Under the pieces are notes generated by a model. The model was given only the letters and a program-made list of their open reading frames with translations, had not been told where the DNA came from and did no database searches. From Candidatus Latescibacterota bacterium (GTDB lineage: Bacteria > Latescibacterota > UBA2968), in NCBI GenBank assembly GCA_965207885.1, contig OZ242311.1, positions 4,448,001 through 4,512,000 on the forward strand: a stretch of 64,000 nucleotides of DNA, in the 5' to 3' direction. The position numbers and the translations under genes were made by a program. Positions within the stretch are counted from its first letter, which is position 1. The number at the start of each line of letters is the position of its first letter. This document shows positions 1-9,155 of this stretch, piece after piece.

Positions 1-1
1 T

Positions 2-412
2 GCACAACCCGACCGCTGGGTTCGCACCCCCATACACCTGTTTGACATCATGCCGACTATATGCGAAATTACCGGAGCCGAATATCCCAAAACGCACAAT
101 GGAGAACGCATTCACCCGCAAGAAGGAACGAGCCTTGTTCCCCTATTCAACGCGCAAAACCTGCCCGAACGCAGCCTGTGCTTCGATCACTTTGAAGCCA
201 GTGCCATACGCAGGGGAAAATGGAAATTGCTGAAGGGCAATACCCGATATCCCAACAAAAATTGGGAACTCTACGACATGGAAAAAGACCGCTGTGAAAC
301 CAGCGATCTATCAGCAGAACATCCCGAATTGGTAAAATCACTCGAGCGAGAATGGACCGAATGGGCCGTGCGGGTTAAGGTACACCCTTACCACCAAGAA
401 GTGGCAAAATGA
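2..412 (+). CDS. Arylsulfatase, C-terminal part (5' truncated by window edge)
   Basis: Frame open from base 2: HLFDIMPT..G.SLVP..AIRRGKWKL..WELYD...DRCET.DL matches the sulfatase C-terminal signature. Confidence 0.85.
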   Translation, partial: AQPDRWVRTPIHLFDIMPTICEITGAEYPKTHNGERIHPQEGTSLVPLFNAQNLPERSLCFDHFEASAIRRGKWKLLKGNTRYPNKNWELYDMEKDRCETSDLSAEHPELVKSLEREWTEWAVRVKVHPYHQEVAK

Positions 413-422
413 GCATCATCCG

Positions 423-1469
423 TCACCTCACTTTTTCAACAAACGGCCACATAAGATCGCTGTAGAAGCGGTGTCCCGCGGCGCCGTAGTGGTGTTCAAT
501 GCGATCGGGCACACCAGCGATCTCGTAGAGACGCGCGATACCTTTCACCGCGCGATCGACTTCGGGCACGGGGAATAGCGTATCCTGTTTCCCATTCACA
601 ATACAGAGATGGCGCGGGGCAATAAGACCCGTAACATCCCAGATCTCGCCAAAGCGCAAAATGCCAGGCACGCCATTGCAATCGCAATGGTGAATCAAAC
701 CACTGGTGCCCACAAGCGTACAAAAAGAGCAACTCGGCACAGCAATAGTAATGCGGGGATCAACCGCGGCGGCATAACAGGTGATAACTCCCCCCCCCGA
801 GTTGCCCATAACCAGAATCGTAGAAGTATCAATCTCGGGAATATCCTGTGCCCAGTCAATAAGACGCATCACATCCCACACGCGCTCACCCGTCGCAGTG
901 CGCCCGGCGAGCAAAGCGTGCATAAATTGACTGCGGCAATCGCGGTTATCGTGACGCTTGTTAATATCGGGAATAGCCGTAGTACTCGTACCGCGTGCAG
1001 CGGGTGCAATCGCGGCAAACCCACGCCTGACCGCCTGAACAGCAACATCGCGGTCTTCGGCCTCAATCTTTTTGCGGTGATCGTCATCGCGCGCTTTGCC
1101 AATATACGTATCCATTCCGTATTTGTCGTGCCCGTGTGGCAAAACAGCGAGCGGAAAAGGACCATCTCCCCTGGGTTGGAGATACCAGAATGGCAAACCA
1201 AAACGCGGCTCGGTAGTAATAACACCGGGTTGCAACGTATAATCGCCCATATCTTGCGCTACACCGAGTTGCACCTGAATCGTGTGATCGCCCAGAGACG
1301 CGCCAATACTTTCAAGACCCAGCAGATGCTGAAGCACAGGACGCGCCTCCTCTTGCCAGTAAAAAAAAGATTCGCGATCAGTTGCCCGACACGCGACATA
1401 GCGCAGTTCATCGGCATAAAGAGCGTCGAGATAGGTGCGAACCGCACCGCTGTGTTCGGGATGTTCCAT
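423..1469 (-). CDS. Alpha/beta hydrolase (dienelactone hydrolase / acetyl-esterase-like)
   Basis: GNSGGG nucleophile elbow, NGKQD acid, terminal GHRF histidine. Confidence 0.8.
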   Translation of the reverse strand: MEHPEHSGAVRTYLDALYADELRYVACRATDRESFFYWQEEARPVLQHLLGLESIGASLGDHTIQVQLGVAQDMGDYTLQPGVITTEPRFGLPFWYLQPRGDGPFPLAVLPHGHDKYGMDTYIGKARDDDHRKKIEAEDRDVAVQAVRRGFAAIAPAARGTSTTAIPDINKRHDNRDCRSQFMHALLAGRTATGERVWDVMRLIDWAQDIPEIDTSTILVMGNSGGGVITCYAAAVDPRITIAVPSCSFCTLVGTSGLIHHCDCNGVPGILRFGEIWDVTGLIAPRHLCIVNGKQDTLFPVPEVDRAVKGIARLYEIAGVPDRIEHHYGAAGHRFYSDLMWPFVEKVR

Positions 1470-1494
1470 ATTGAATACCTTTCAAGGAAAAAAA

Positions 1495-2259
1495 ATGGCA
1501 GATACACTGCGAGAAGTATTGGATTTTGCAACAGATGCCGCCTGGCAAGCCGGACGCATCACACTGCGATATTTCCAGACCGGAGTCGAAGTAGAGGAAA
1601 AGGATGATGAATCACCTGTAACGGCCGCAGACAAAGGAGCCGAAACAAAATTGAGAGAATTGATTGAAGCGCGTTTTCCCGACGACGGCATTGTGGGAGA
1701 AGAGCACGAAGACAAACAAGGCACAACCGGACGACGGTGGATTTTAGACCCCATTGACGGCACAAAATCATTCGTACACGGCGTACCCTTATACGGGGTA
1801 CTGATCGGCGTGGAAGTCGAGGACGAACCCACTGTTGGCGTCGTTCATTTTCCAGCACTAAATGAAATGATTTGTGCTGCTAGTGGATTGGGCTGCACCT
1901 GGAATGGTCGCCCCACACAAGTATCTGACATATCGGATATTCAGGACGCGACCGTGATCTTGACCGATTTTGTGAATGGGCATAGTCGGGGCGAAGCCAT
2001 AAACCGGATTTGCTCACGCGCCAAACTCGTGCGCGGCTGGGGCGATTGTTATGGCCACATGCTCGTCGCAACCGGGCGTGCAGAAATCATGCTCGACCCC
2101 ATTATGAGCGTATGGGACTGCGCCGCCCTCGCGCCCATCCTGAAAGAAGCGGGCGGCACATTCACAACGTGGAGCGGCGAAGCAACCATCTGGGGTAACG
2201 AAGCCGTGGGCACAAACGGAGCGTTGTTCGAAGAAGTAATGCAATTGATAAAAGGGTGA
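1495..2259 (+). CDS. hisN: Histidinol-phosphatase, inositol monophosphatase family
   Basis: SPVTAAD, GEE, WILDPIDGT, RGWGDCYG, WDCAAL motifs; AAGGA upstream of ATG 1495. Confidence 0.8.
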   Translation: MADTLREVLDFATDAAWQAGRITLRYFQTGVEVEEKDDESPVTAADKGAETKLRELIEARFPDDGIVGEEHEDKQGTTGRRWILDPIDGTKSFVHGVPLYGVLIGVEVEDEPTVGVVHFPALNEMICAASGLGCTWNGRPTQVSDISDIQDATVILTDFVNGHSRGEAINRICSRAKLVRGWGDCYGHMLVATGRAEIMLDPIMSVWDCAALAPILKEAGGTFTTWSGEATIWGNEAVGTNGALFEEVMQLIKG

Positions 2260-2263
2260 TCTT

Positions 2264-3463
2264 TTACCCTGCAAATATCGAGCGATTTGATATGCCACAG
2301 ATGTGGTCTTCGCGCATGAATCCGGGCACAAATTGGGCGGTTCGGCCAGAAGGTGCCACGCCTGTATAGTAGCCCGAAAATTGTTCATTAAACGTAGTCA
2401 AACGGTCGCGCGACGCCTCACTACTCTCCGCAGCCACAATGTACGCATTGTTAAAAACCCCATTTTCTTTCAACCCTGCGCCGCCTGCTGCTACGATATG
2501 CCCGTCAATCGTATTGAGAATAGCATCTGCATCATCGCCACCAACACCGCTCACGAGCACCTCGGATATCCCCTGTCGCCGGATGGCAGTCCATGTACTG
2601 AACCCATCCACAATCTCCCCCGAGCGATCAATGGCGACATCGCCGGTAACACAGCGCGGTTGGGGTTCAACAATGCCATCGAGATTGGGAATACGCGAAA
2701 CCGCATAAATTCTACCTGCGGGGCGGTGGTCACCAAAATAATCGGCAATCACTTCGCGCACAGTTTCAATGCGCGTCCAGGTCGCCGAAGGATCGTCATC
2801 AATCGCCACGAGCACCTCGAGATGCGCGGTTTGCGTTTTGAAATCCACATTGTCAGCCGCGAGCTTTTTTTCGTACTGATCTACGAGCACAAATTCCATC
2901 TCTTGTTTGAGATCATTACCGAGTGTCGTAACAGTATTGCCCTCAGTATCGGTGTGCATCACCGACGCGCCACTGGGCTGGTGGTCGGTCCATGCACCGT
3001 ATTCGATCTTCCCATCGCCAAAGGAAATATCCTCGCCCTTAACAGCTTTAATTTCCACCTCAAAAAGCGCTACTGGATCTGGAAACCCTTCTCCATGGGT
3101 AAAACGCGCCATGCGATTGGATTTGAGTTCACAATCCGTCACAGCATCAATCACAGGTCCATATACGGCATTGAACGCATCTCGGTAAGCCTCACAGTCG
3201 TCACGACTATCAGATGGCGTCGTCCACAGGACATCGGTTTTGTACACATCGCCCCAGTTCGCGCCCCCACGCGCAAGCCCCAGACTCAGGTTCTCAATGG
3301 TGCCAAACCACTCTGATCCGAGTTCATTGGGATACTGCGTACCCACATTGCCGCTGGGTTCAACGAGGCGCACGACCTGATCGTCGTTGTATGTCATAAC
3401 GACTTCGGCTGTGCTACAAAAAATGGGAATGGGCTTATGACGGATAATATTGACGCTTGCCAT
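2264..3463 (-). CDS. Protein with three tandem RidA/YjgF-like repeats
   Basis: DVYKTDV..FNAVY..LFEVEIKAV; EVIADYFGDHRPAGRIYAVSRIP..IVE; FNEQFSGYY..APSGRT resemble the RidA fold signature. Confidence 0.55.
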   Translation of the reverse strand: MASVNIIRHKPIPIFCSTAEVVMTYNDDQVVRLVEPSGNVGTQYPNELGSEWFGTIENLSLGLARGGANWGDVYKTDVLWTTPSDSRDDCEAYRDAFNAVYGPVIDAVTDCELKSNRMARFTHGEGFPDPVALFEVEIKAVKGEDISFGDGKIEYGAWTDHQPSGASVMHTDTEGNTVTTLGNDLKQEMEFVLVDQYEKKLAADNVDFKTQTAHLEVLVAIDDDPSATWTRIETVREVIADYFGDHRPAGRIYAVSRIPNLDGIVEPQPRCVTGDVAIDRSGEIVDGFSTWTAIRRQGISEVLVSGVGGDDADAILNTIDGHIVAAGGAGLKENGVFNNAYIVAAESSEASRDRLTTFNEQFSGYYTGVAPSGRTAQFVPGFMREDHICGISNRSIFAG

Positions 3464-3552
3464 AGTGAAAAATCCTTTGTGTTGAGGTTACCAAAAATTC
3501 GGTTTTCTAAAAGATAGAGCCTGAAATACACAATGTCAATGCGCGAGGATGA

Positions 3553-4293
3553 TCAGCGATCTTTGGATTGAAAAAACGCCCGCGCTTCGGCCAGAGATTC
3601 GCGGTTGCCAATATCGAGAACACCGCCTTCAATATCGTACGCATAAACGGTTTCGCATATATGCAACCACTCCAAAAAATGTCCGGGCGCGTCGGGATTG
3701 CCTCCGTTGGCGATATATTCCTTAAAACGGGACAGTATCGATGCCGGGTAAATATAAACGGGTGATGCCGACCACTCGGAAATGGGTCTATCTGGTTTTT
3801 CAATAAATTGCAAAACGCGATTATCTTTATCTAACCGGACATTGCCCCTGCGCTTGCGATCATCGTAATCGGGATTGTGGCGCACGGCAATATGGGAGAC
3901 GGGATTGGATTTGAATATATTGACCAATTTGGAGAGAGAAAACAGCAGAATATTATCCGCAGCGAAAACGAGAACATCATCGGCAATATCGCGCGCTTCA
4001 ATAGCAAAATGGATATCGCCCACAGCCCCCAAACGATTGTCGTTGGAAGTCGTGCCATCGTCGAGTATCTCAGTCTGTATCGCTCTATTTTCACGCGCCC
4101 AGTCGGCAAAGTGCCCGTAAAATCGGCGATTGGTCACCACATAAACACCATCGATATCTGCAATAGCTTTAATCTGTTCAAGCAGGTGATCGAGAATCGT
4201 CTTGCCCCCCACTTTGAGCAGAGGCTTGGGAAAATTTTTTGTAAGAGGATACAGCCGCGTAGCGTATCCCGCCGCGAGAATAATAGCTTTCAC
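3553..4293 (-). CDS. Sugar-1-phosphate nucleotidyltransferase (NTP_transferase)
   Basis: KAIILAAGYATRLYPLT..PKPLL, FIEKP, DIG motifs; GTG start overlaps the upstream TGA (GTGA, 4290-4293). Confidence 0.9.
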   Translation of the reverse strand: MKAIILAAGYATRLYPLTKNFPKPLLKVGGKTILDHLLEQIKAIADIDGVYVVTNRRFYGHFADWARENRAIQTEILDDGTTSNDNRLGAVGDIHFAIEARDIADDVLVFAADNILLFSLSKLVNIFKSNPVSHIAVRHNPDYDDRKRRGNVRLDKDNRVLQFIEKPDRPISEWSASPVYIYPASILSRFKEYIANGGNPDAPGHFLEWLHICETVYAYDIEGGVLDIGNRESLAEARAFFQSKDR

Positions 4294-5471
4294 AGAATCC
4301 TGACTCCATCGTCGGGTTGACAAATAAAGACCGGGGCATTTTTTGACAAATCGGGATATTTGGCGCGATAAGCCGATTGAATCTGTTCAATCGCCGCACT
4401 GGACTTTTGGGGATTCACCAGTGCAACACAACAGCCCCGAAACCCGGCACCACTAAAACGAGCACCGTAAACCCCATCGGTCTCAATGAGAATATGATAG
4501 AGATCAATGAGGGGCTTGCTACCACATTCGTAATTATCAATAGAACTGCGCCCCGATTCGGCGATCAGCCTGCCAAAAGTCATGAGATCGCCGGCACGCC
4601 AGGCATCAATACCCAGACGCACGCGTTCAGATTCCGTAAAAAAATGACTGGCGCGTTTGGCAGACGCACCGCTCAACAGGTTTTTATGCATATCGTATTC
4701 TTCAAAGGCAATATTGCCAAGCAGAGGTTCTCGGTCGGAACGCCCCACGGCATTGAGCAATATTCCCGCAGCACGGGCGCATTCATCTACCCGCGTGTTA
4801 TACCCCGTCGAAACCAGCGCCTCGCGCAAGCCCGATTGGGCAATCAGAATATCAAAGTCTGGCATAGTATTGGACCGGGGAATCAATTCGTGCGTGACAG
4901 AAGCGCAATCGATCACCGTGAGAAATCTCTTTTGCGATAACAGGATAGCCGATTGATCCAGAATGCCATTTTTGAGACCGAGGTAGCCATTTTCAATCGC
5001 CTGATCGAGCCGAATATTATCTGCGGGCGACAGGGACAAATCATTGGCCTCTTCATAAGCGAGCAAATACGCCACACCAATAGCAGCCGATGAACTCAAA
5101 CCCCCTTCGTTCATCCTGCCCGCTGTAAGTCCCATAATCCCGCGCGTGAGTTTATGGCCCTCTTGTTGCAACGCGCGTACTGCGCCGCGCGGAAAATTGC
5201 CCCAATCCCCATCTCTTTTGTCGGGCACATCGCTCAGTGCAAACGAGACCTCACCCTCAAAAGTACGGCTCTGAAGATGCGTATTTCCATCCTCCGATGG
5301 CGCGAAAGCCAGGTACACAGCCTGATCAATAGCCATAGCCGTAACCTGTCCGAGTTGGTGATCAATATGCGCACCGAGAAGACATATCCGATAAGGCGAT
5401 TGCACAACGCGCACATCGGCAGGCGCAACACCAAATCGGCGATTCATTTCAGTTTTGAGTTGATCTATCAT
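4290..5471 (-). CDS. GHMP kinase, plant-type galacturonokinase-like
   Basis: SPYRICLLGAHIDHQ, GLSSSAA, ENGYLGLKNGILDQSAILLS, SSIDNYECG, GARFSGAGFRGCC; closer to plant GalAK as I recall it than to GalK (GRVNLIGEHTDY). Confidence 0.8.
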   Translation of the reverse strand: MIDQLKTEMNRRFGVAPADVRVVQSPYRICLLGAHIDHQLGQVTAMAIDQAVYLAFAPSEDGNTHLQSRTFEGEVSFALSDVPDKRDGDWGNFPRGAVRALQQEGHKLTRGIMGLTAGRMNEGGLSSSAAIGVAYLLAYEEANDLSLSPADNIRLDQAIENGYLGLKNGILDQSAILLSQKRFLTVIDCASVTHELIPRSNTMPDFDILIAQSGLREALVSTGYNTRVDECARAAGILLNAVGRSDREPLLGNIAFEEYDMHKNLLSGASAKRASHFFTESERVRLGIDAWRAGDLMTFGRLIAESGRSSIDNYECGSKPLIDLYHILIETDGVYGARFSGAGFRGCCVALVNPQKSSAAIEQIQSAYRAKYPDLSKNAPVFICQPDDGVRIL

Positions 5472-5472
5472 G

Positions 5473-5507
5473 AGCAGTCAGTAGTCAGTGGTCAGCAGTC
5501 AGCGATC
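5473..5507. repeat. Five tandem degenerate heptamers AGYRRTC
   Basis: agcagtc agtagtc agtggtc agcagtc agcgatc. Confidence 0.8.
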
Positions 5508-5539
5508 AACAACATTACAAAAAAAGGAGAACAACCGCA

Positions 5540-6568
5540 ATGCCACAAATCAAAATAGGCAAAGGTATTGGCGATATTTCAGAGCAAACATTGCGATTTT
5601 ATCGGCAAATTGGGGTCGATGCGGTATCGATACCAACGCGATGGCGCACAGAACCGGGAACGGGCGAACGCAAACTGGTACCGCCAACACAGACGGGGCC
5701 AAAAGGCGCGCAGGGTGGGATATGGGACGAGCGGGAATTGCAACGCATCAAAGCCAGAATCGAATCGTATGATCTAATGCCTCTAATCGCGGGATTGGGT
5801 ATTTCAGGACGCGTATTAATGGGCCAACCGGGTAGAGAAGACGATCTGAAAATTATAAAAACCAATATCGAAATCGCAGGACGGCTGGGACTTCGAGCAT
5901 TGAACTACAGTTTCACAGCCCTCAGAGCATCAGAGGGATATGCGGCGCAGCGAGGTGCGGGACGCGGCGGCGCAGATTTGCGGGATTTTGACAACGAGCG
6001 GATAGCCAATCTCCCTCCCCTCAATTCAATCGGTCGAATTGGAATGGATGAAATGTGGGACAATCTGACCTATTTTTTGGAAAACGCGGTCCCAACAGCA
6101 GAAAAAGCGGATGTACAGTTGGCCGCACACCCCAATGATCCACCGGTTCCAGAATATCGCGGCGTTGCCCAACCCCTGGGCGATATCGAAGGCATGCAAC
6201 GGTTGATCGAAGTGATAGACAGCCCATCAAATTGCATTTTTTACGACACCGGCGTAATGACGGAAAAAGGCGCAGATGCAGTCGAAATGATTCGCTATTT
6301 TGGATCGCGGAATCGCATTGGAACCGTACATTTCCGAAATGTGAAAGTAGAAATACCTCGATTTAAGTATATCGAGACCTTTCACGATGACGGCGAATGC
6401 GATATGTTTGCCTGCGTACAGGCATTTCACGAGGTGGGTTACAACGGCATGATCGACCCCGACCACACGCCGGGCATTCTGGGCGATACACCAGATACGC
6501 GCATTGGCTGGGCGTATGCCATTGGTCAAATGGTAGCGATGCGAAATGCCGTGGAAAAAAACAAATAA
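5540..6568 (+). CDS. uxuA: Mannonate dehydratase (UxuA) family protein
   Basis: LTYFLE..VP.AE..VQLAAHPNDPP, VHFRNV, ETFHDDG..DM, PDHTP, AYAIG; AAGGAG RBS. Confidence 0.8.
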   Translation: MPQIKIGKGIGDISEQTLRFYRQIGVDAVSIPTRWRTEPGTGERKLVPPTQTGPKGAQGGIWDERELQRIKARIESYDLMPLIAGLGISGRVLMGQPGREDDLKIIKTNIEIAGRLGLRALNYSFTALRASEGYAAQRGAGRGGADLRDFDNERIANLPPLNSIGRIGMDEMWDNLTYFLENAVPTAEKADVQLAAHPNDPPVPEYRGVAQPLGDIEGMQRLIEVIDSPSNCIFYDTGVMTEKGADAVEMIRYFGSRNRIGTVHFRNVKVEIPRFKYIETFHDDGECDMFACVQAFHEVGYNGMIDPDHTPGILGDTPDTRIGWAYAIGQMVAMRNAVEKNK

Positions 6569-6600
6569 AAAAAGCCCCAACGCTTTTCAGCGTTGAGGCT
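6567..6600 (-). terminator. Rho-independent terminator for the small minus-strand ORF (hairpin may also act on uxuA)
   Basis: AGCCCCAACGCT-TTTC-AGCGTTGAGGCT hairpin with A7 on its left (U-tract on minus strand). Confidence 0.75.
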
Positions 6601-6619
6601 GTCTGTGATATTGTATGCA

Positions 6620-6745
6620 TTAGAAACTGAGAACACTATAAACCAGAGTAACCGCAAAAATTACGCCTATAATGCCCATAGCGACTTTGAATTGTAAGCT
6701 GATTCTATCCTCTTCCCGGTCGCGCAATTCGTTGAAAGTCTGCAT
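6620..6745 (-). CDS. 41-aa single-pass small membrane protein (absent from the ORF track)
   Basis: MQTFNELRDREEDRISLQFKVAMGIIGVIFAVTLVYSVLSF; AAAGGGGG RBS, upstream TTGACT-16-TATTAT, downstream terminator. Confidence 0.75.
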   Translation of the reverse strand: MQTFNELRDREEDRISLQFKVAMGIIGVIFAVTLVYSVLSF

Positions 6746-6834
6746 GGCTTTCCCCCTTTGAGTAGTGCGGACGGATATGGTCTATATAAATAATACTAAT
6801 TTTTTATATTAAGTCAATAGACAAAATACGACTC

Positions 6835-6863
6835 TTGACAATTCGTGCAGATAAATCTATCGT
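6835..6863 (+). promoter_or_regulatory. sigma70-type promoter for the cytochrome c gene
   Basis: TTGACA-17-TATCGT. Confidence 0.65.
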
Positions 6864-6908
6864 TTGCGATAGACTTTGTATGGATATCATACCCGGAGAG
6901 AAATACCA

Positions 6909-7883
6909 ATGAAGTGGGTGGTCGTGACTGTAACTGTTATAGTGGCACTCGTAATTGTGGGTGCGCTGGGCGTTGCTTACCATCTGAAAACCAATTTTCC
7001 CAAAGCAGATCCGCCTTATAATATTCGCGTGTCGGGAACACCCGAACAGGTCGCGCGGGGACGTTATTTAGCCAATCACGTCACGGTATGTCTCGAATGC
7101 CATTCAACGCGGGATTGGGCGCATTATTCTGCGCCACCGCTGCCGGGCACCGAAGGCAAAGGCGGCGAGATATTTCCGGAAACAGCGGGATTTCCAGGCA
7201 CCTTGATCGCCCCCAATATTACACCGGCAGCTCTGGGAGATTGGACAGACGGCGAAATCATTCGGGCTTTTACCAGCGGCGTAAATAAAAACGGCGATCC
7301 GCTTTTTCCACTGATGCCCTATCGCGCATATCGAAATCTCATGCCAGCAGATATTGACGCCATTGTCGCTTATGTGCGTACCCTATCTCCCATTGACCAT
7401 ATCCCACCGCGGTCCAAATTGAATTTTCCCATGAACCTGCTTGTACGCACAATGCCAGAACCCTATAAACTCCCCAAGCCGTTTGATCGTTCAGATCCCG
7501 TTGCTTATGGCAAGTATTTGGCGACCATTGCCGGATGTGCCACTTGCCATACGCCTCATAATCAACAGAGGCAGCCAGTTGAAGACATGCAATTCGCCGG
7601 AGGATTTCAATTTCGATTGCCCAGTGGCAAAACCGTGCAATCGGCCAATATTACACCCGACATAGAAACGGGAATTGGGCATTGGAAAAAAGAGTACTTC
7701 ATCGGGCGTTTCAGGCAATTTGCCGGGGAAAACGCAAAGCACATTCCATTGCAGGATGGCATGAACAGCGTAATGCCCTGGACCATGTACGCGGGCATGA
7801 CAGACGAAGACTTCAGCGCCATCTACGACTATCTGCAAACCGTCGCGCCAATCCGAAATGCTGTTGAACGGTTTATAGAATAA
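6909..7883 (+). CDS. Membrane-anchored diheme cytochrome c
   Basis: N-terminal TM; CLECH and CATCH; repeated (A/S)xNITP and MP(Y/W) motifs; GGAGAG RBS. Confidence 0.9.
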   Translation: MKWVVVTVTVIVALVIVGALGVAYHLKTNFPKADPPYNIRVSGTPEQVARGRYLANHVTVCLECHSTRDWAHYSAPPLPGTEGKGGEIFPETAGFPGTLIAPNITPAALGDWTDGEIIRAFTSGVNKNGDPLFPLMPYRAYRNLMPADIDAIVAYVRTLSPIDHIPPRSKLNFPMNLLVRTMPEPYKLPKPFDRSDPVAYGKYLATIAGCATCHTPHNQQRQPVEDMQFAGGFQFRLPSGKTVQSANITPDIETGIGHWKKEYFIGRFRQFAGENAKHIPLQDGMNSVMPWTMYAGMTDEDFSAIYDYLQTVAPIRNAVERFIE

Positions 7884-7896
7884 TAAAGGGGAAAGA

Positions 7897-8673
7897 ATGA
7901 ACACGGGTTCCGGAGCATTTAATTTTGATCGCGTCAAAGTATGGTATCATTGTCCCCAGGACCATCTTACCGACCTGCCAGTAGTATTTGCCCTGCACGG
8001 GGCCTCGCGCAATGCCAGCACCTATCGCGACACCTGGGCCAGCCATGCCGATACGCACGGATTTTTGTTATTGGCCCCGGAGTTTTCACAGGATAATTAC
8101 CCCGATGAAACAACATTTAACCTGGGCAATGTATTTGCCGAAGATGGAACGCGAAATGCCATAGCCGATTGGTCTTTTCAAATAATTGAAGGCATTTTTG
8201 ACCACGTCAAAAAACGAGTGGGACTCCGAGCATCGTCCTACGGGTTTTATGGGCATTCGGCGGGCAGCCAGTTTGTACACCGATTTTTGTACTTCATGCC
8301 TCAGTCACATGCACATATCTTTATAGCAGCCAACGCCGGGTGGTACACTATGCCCACATTCAAACAGACCTATCCCTATGGATTGGCCGAATCGGGTCTG
8401 ACTGTCGCGGATTTGAAACGATCACTGAGCCAGCGGATTGTGGTACTCCTGGGAACTGATGATGTAGATGTGAACCACCCCAAATTGAGACGCACGCCGC
8501 AGGCGATGATGCAGGGCGCACACCGCTTTGAGCGCGGCCACACATTTTTTGAAACGGCAAAACGAGAAGCCGAAGCACTCAATGTGCCATTTAACTGGCA
8601 GTTGGACACAGTACCCAACGTGGGACACAACAATGCGGGAATGGCAAAAGTGGGTGTTGCGTATTTGGTGTGA
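7897..8673 (+). CDS. Alpha/beta hydrolase (esterase/depolymerase-like)
   Basis: ALHGASR, GHSAGSQFVHR, AANAGWY, VGH. Confidence 0.8.
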   Translation: MNTGSGAFNFDRVKVWYHCPQDHLTDLPVVFALHGASRNASTYRDTWASHADTHGFLLLAPEFSQDNYPDETTFNLGNVFAEDGTRNAIADWSFQIIEGIFDHVKKRVGLRASSYGFYGHSAGSQFVHRFLYFMPQSHAHIFIAANAGWYTMPTFKQTYPYGLAESGLTVADLKRSLSQRIVVLLGTDDVDVNHPKLRRTPQAMMQGAHRFERGHTFFETAKREAEALNVPFNWQLDTVPNVGHNNAGMAKVGVAYLV

Positions 8674-8805
8674 TACGCAAAAAAAAACGCGAGTGAGCGG
8701 TGTACAACTGGCCGACTCTCAGGCCAGTTCATTTGAGCGTTTTTCGCAGATGAACGCAAATAAAAAAGAGGACTGGGGGCTGGATAGGCTAATCTTGCTT
8801 ATAAA

Positions 8806-8843
8806 TGAAAGAATGGCCGCGATCCCTGTTATCGCGGCCATTT
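8806..8843 (-). terminator. Strong hairpin terminator closing the 9149->8810 transcript (possibly bidirectional)
   Basis: AATGGCCGCGAT-7nt-ATCGCGGCCATT perfect 12-bp stem; T-rich run follows on the minus strand. Confidence 0.75.
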
Positions 8844-8859
8844 ATGTACTACAAGTCAT
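8842..8859 (-). CDS. Micro-ORF MTCST (5 aa)
   Basis: TAGGAGGTTCC immediately before ATG. Confidence 0.3.
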   Translation of the reverse strand: MTCST

Positions 8860-8872
8860 GGAACCTCCTATG

Positions 8873-8929
8873 TCAGCCGATCGGGGGAGAGGTCCTAACA
8901 CCCGACCGCTGGATACAGATTGGTGGCAT
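8873..8929 (-). CDS. Micro-ORF MPPICIQRSGVRTSPPIG (18 aa), possible leader peptide
   Basis: GAGGAGGTTACT immediately before ATG. Confidence 0.35.
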   Translation of the reverse strand: MPPICIQRSGVRTSPPIG

Positions 8930-9155
8930 AGTAACCTCCTCTTGTGAGTGCTGCGGCCCGTCACACCCACTCGCGGTCCAATGAACTCTCTATGCTCTGT
9001 GTGTTTGCGCGAAGGTCTAAAGAACGGTATCCAGGTCGGGTTACCGAATGGCGGCAACGAGTCCGACGAAAAAAAAGACCAGATGTAAAAACACACGGGC
9101 GAGAACCTTTTCGAGCGGAATGCCGCCTGACGATTCATATCGCCTGTTATTTTGG

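Larger units (their letters stand above)
8810..9149 (-). ncRNA. Candidate ~340-nt structured RNA containing two micro-ORFs
   Basis: Own promoter and terminator, many nested and alternative helices, no protein-like long ORF. Confidence 0.55.

Noticed and set aside
1470-1494. Only 25 bp between divergent start codons
   Set aside because: Promoters may lie within the coding regions; no further signal supports a special mechanism
609-1607. Long antisense/alternative-frame ORFs (also 2303-3316, 13437-14558, 26233-27039, 47234-48175)
   Set aside because: Shadows of well-supported genes on the opposite strand; no motifs or RBS
8842-9138. 98-aa minus-strand ORF spanning the candidate RNA, in frame with MTCST
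   Set aside because: No SD, composition not protein-like, and the region is better explained by base pairing; not fully excluded
8810-9149. tmRNA, RNase P, T-box, cobalamin riboswitch or group II intron identity for the structured RNA
   Set aside because: Their hallmark sequences (tRNA-like ends, GAGGAAAGUCC, GGUGGNACCGCG, domain V) are not visible
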